Of a stretch of DNA of 64,000 nucleotides, positions 62,720-64,000 are shown one piece after another. The DNA is taken from NCBI RefSeq assembly GCF_009914755.1, contig NC_060926.1; one strand, 5' to 3'. This DNA is from the human T2T-CHM13v2.0 reference genome, Homo sapiens. Each line of letters starts with the position of its first letter. The stretch's first letter is position 1. The notes below the pieces were generated by a model. That model worked only from the letters and a program-made list of their open reading frames with translations, ran no database searches and was not told the DNA's origin. The position numbers and the translations under genes were made by a program.

Positions 62720-64000
62720 ATATTTGGATAGCTTTGAGGATTTCGATGGAAACGGGATCGTCTTCATATAAACTCTAGACAGAAGCATTCTCAGAAGCTT
62801 CATTGGGATGTTTCAATTGAAGTCACAGTGTTGAACAGTCCCTTTCATAGAGCAGGTTTGAAACACTCTTTTTGTAGTATCTGGAAGTGGACATTTGGAG
62901 AGATCTCAGGAATACGGTGATAAAGGAAATATCTTCCAATAAAAGCTAGATAGAAGCAATGTCAGAAACTTTTTCATGATGTATCTACTCAGCTAACAGA
63001 GTTGAACCTTTCTTTTGAGAGAGCAGTTTTGAAACACTCTTTTTGTGGAATCTGCAAGTGGATATTTGTCTAGCTTTGAGGATTTCGTTGGAAACGGGAT
63101 TACATATAAAAAGCAGACAGCAGCATTCCCAGAAACTTCTTTGTGATGTTTGCATTCAAGTCACAGGGTTGAACATTCCCTTTCATAGAGCAGGTTTGAA
63201 ACACTCTTTTTGTAGTATCTGGATGTGGACATTTGGAGCGCTTTCAGGCCTATGGTGAAAAAGGAAATATCTTCCCCTGAAAACTAGACAGAAGCATTCT
63301 CAGAAACTTATTTGTGATGTGCGCCCTCAACTAACAGTGTTGAACCTTTCTTTTGATAGAGCAGTTTTGAAACACTCTTTTTGTAATATCTGCAAGAGGA
63401 TATTTGGATAGCTTTGAGGATTTCGTTGGAAACGGGATTGACTTCATATAAACTCTAGACAGAAGCATTCTCAGAAGCTTCATTGGGATGTTTCAATTGA
63501 AGTCACAGTGTTGAACAGTTCCTTTCATAGAACAGGTTTGAAACACTCTTTTTGTAGTATCTGGAAGTGGACATTTGGAGCGCTCTCAGGACTATGGTGA
63601 AAAAGGAAATATCTTCCAATAAAAGCTACATAGAAGCAATGTCAGAAACTTTTTCATGATGTATCTACTCAGCTAACAGAGTTGAACCTTTCCTTTGAGA
63701 GAGCAGTTTTGAAACTCTCTTTTTGTGGAATCTGCAAGTGGATATTTGTCTAGCTTTGAGGATATCGTTGGAAACGGGATTACATAAAAAAGCAGACAGC
63801 AGCATTCCCAGAAACTTCTTTGTGAAGTTTGCATTCAAGTCACAGAGTTGAACATTCCCTTTCATAGAGCAGGTTTGAAACACTCTTTTTGTAGTATCTG
63901 TATGTGGACATTTGGAGCGCTTTCAGGCCTATGGTGAAAAAGGAAATATCTTCCCCTGAAAACTAGACAGAAGCATTCTCAGAATCTTATTTGTGATGTG
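62720..64000 (+). repeat. Dispersed copy of the ~53.2-54.5 kb segment (offset 9511 bp), running off the window
   Basis: Private SNPs GGGATCGTCTTC, CACAGGGTTG and GATATCGTTGG occur only near 53247/53656/54252 and 62758/63167/63763. ORF offsets 53532->63043 and 54154->63665 are 9511. Confidence 0.9.

Larger units (their letters stand above)
1..64000 (+). repeat. Centromeric alpha-satellite higher-order repeat array (about 375 monomers of ~170 bp, head-to-tail, single orientation)
   Basis: Alphoid motifs (CATTCTCAGAAACTT, GAGCAGTTTTGAAACACTCTTTTTGT, AAAAGGAAATATCTTC) recur every ~170 bp from the first base to the last. CENP-B boxes lie on the + strand every 338-342 bp. I saw no non-alphoid sequence. 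Confidence 0.99.
1..64000 (+). repeat. D2Z1: Suprachromosomal family 2 (dimeric D1/D2-type) array, most likely human chromosome 2 D2Z1 (S2C2H1L), 4-monomer ~680-bp XbaI HOR
   Basis: Box-bearing and box-less monomers strictly alternate. The basic period is 680 bp with one TCTAGA per unit (e.g. 2340, 3020, 3700; 47145, 47825, 48505, 49185), matching the known 0.68-kb XbaI unit of D2Z1. Not verified by alignment; related SF2 arrays (e.g. chr20, chr18, chr9) cannot be formally excluded. Confidence 0.8.

Noticed and set aside
1252-63883. About 120 short ORFs (60-81 aa) on both strands
   Set aside because: They are translations of the satellite that recur with its period, mostly start at non-ATG codons, overlap on both strands, and appear or vanish with single SNPs. 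They have no recognisable domain. I used them only as offset markers.
1-64000. CRISPR-like array suggested by regularly spaced conserved motifs
   Set aside because: The sequence between motifs is itself repeated rather than unique spacers, the period is ~170/340 bp, and there are no cas genes.
1-64000. Transposon insertion (L1/Alu) or inversion within the array
   Set aside because: All 82 anchor intervals are accounted for by whole monomers, and all boxes are on the + strand. I saw no poly-A tail, target-site duplication or foreign sequence.
1-64000. Assignment to a regular 16-mer or other long fixed HOR (e.g. chr20-type)
   Set aside because: The 16-monomer offsets are local and differ in content; the only unit that persists across the window is the 4-mer and its 2/6-mer derivatives.
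1-64000. Calling this window the active kinetochore (CENP-A / hypomethylated) domain
   Set aside because: That is epigenetic and cannot be read from sequence. Dense intact boxes and high homogeneity only indicate a live-type HOR array.

Overview
The whole 64 kb window is one uninterrupted, single-orientation array of primate centromeric alpha-satellite DNA (monomers of about 170 bp). It has an A/B dimer organisation, with a CENP-B box every ~340 bp and a basic ~680-bp four-monomer higher-order repeat (HOR) cut once by XbaI. This best fits the human suprachromosomal family 2 array D2Z1 (S2C2H1L, chromosome 2); that assignment is from recognition, not a database search. I see no genes, transposon insertions, inversions or CRISPR array, and the listed ORFs are by-products of the repeat. 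I found no new gene system; the interesting signal is the internal structure of the array. By my manual count of the intervals between XbaI-position anchors, there are 58 four-mers, 22 six-mers of three distinct types and 2 dimers. Recent multi-kb tandem super-repeats occur (1696, 2375, 2714, 2719, 4073, 4751 and 4753 bp), some of them nested. Two SNP-defined HOR lineages interleave with sharp junctions, hybrid monomers have breakpoints in a few short shared windows including the CENP-B box, and CENP-B box knockouts are lineage-specific. Monomer labels used here: A = GGGATTGTCTTC/XbaI monomer; B = CCAATAAAAGCTA/CATGATGTATCTACTC monomer; C = GGGATTACATAT/CAGCAGCATTCCC monomer; D = CCCCTGAAAACTAG/GTGCGCCCTCAAC monomer. 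All counts were made by eye.
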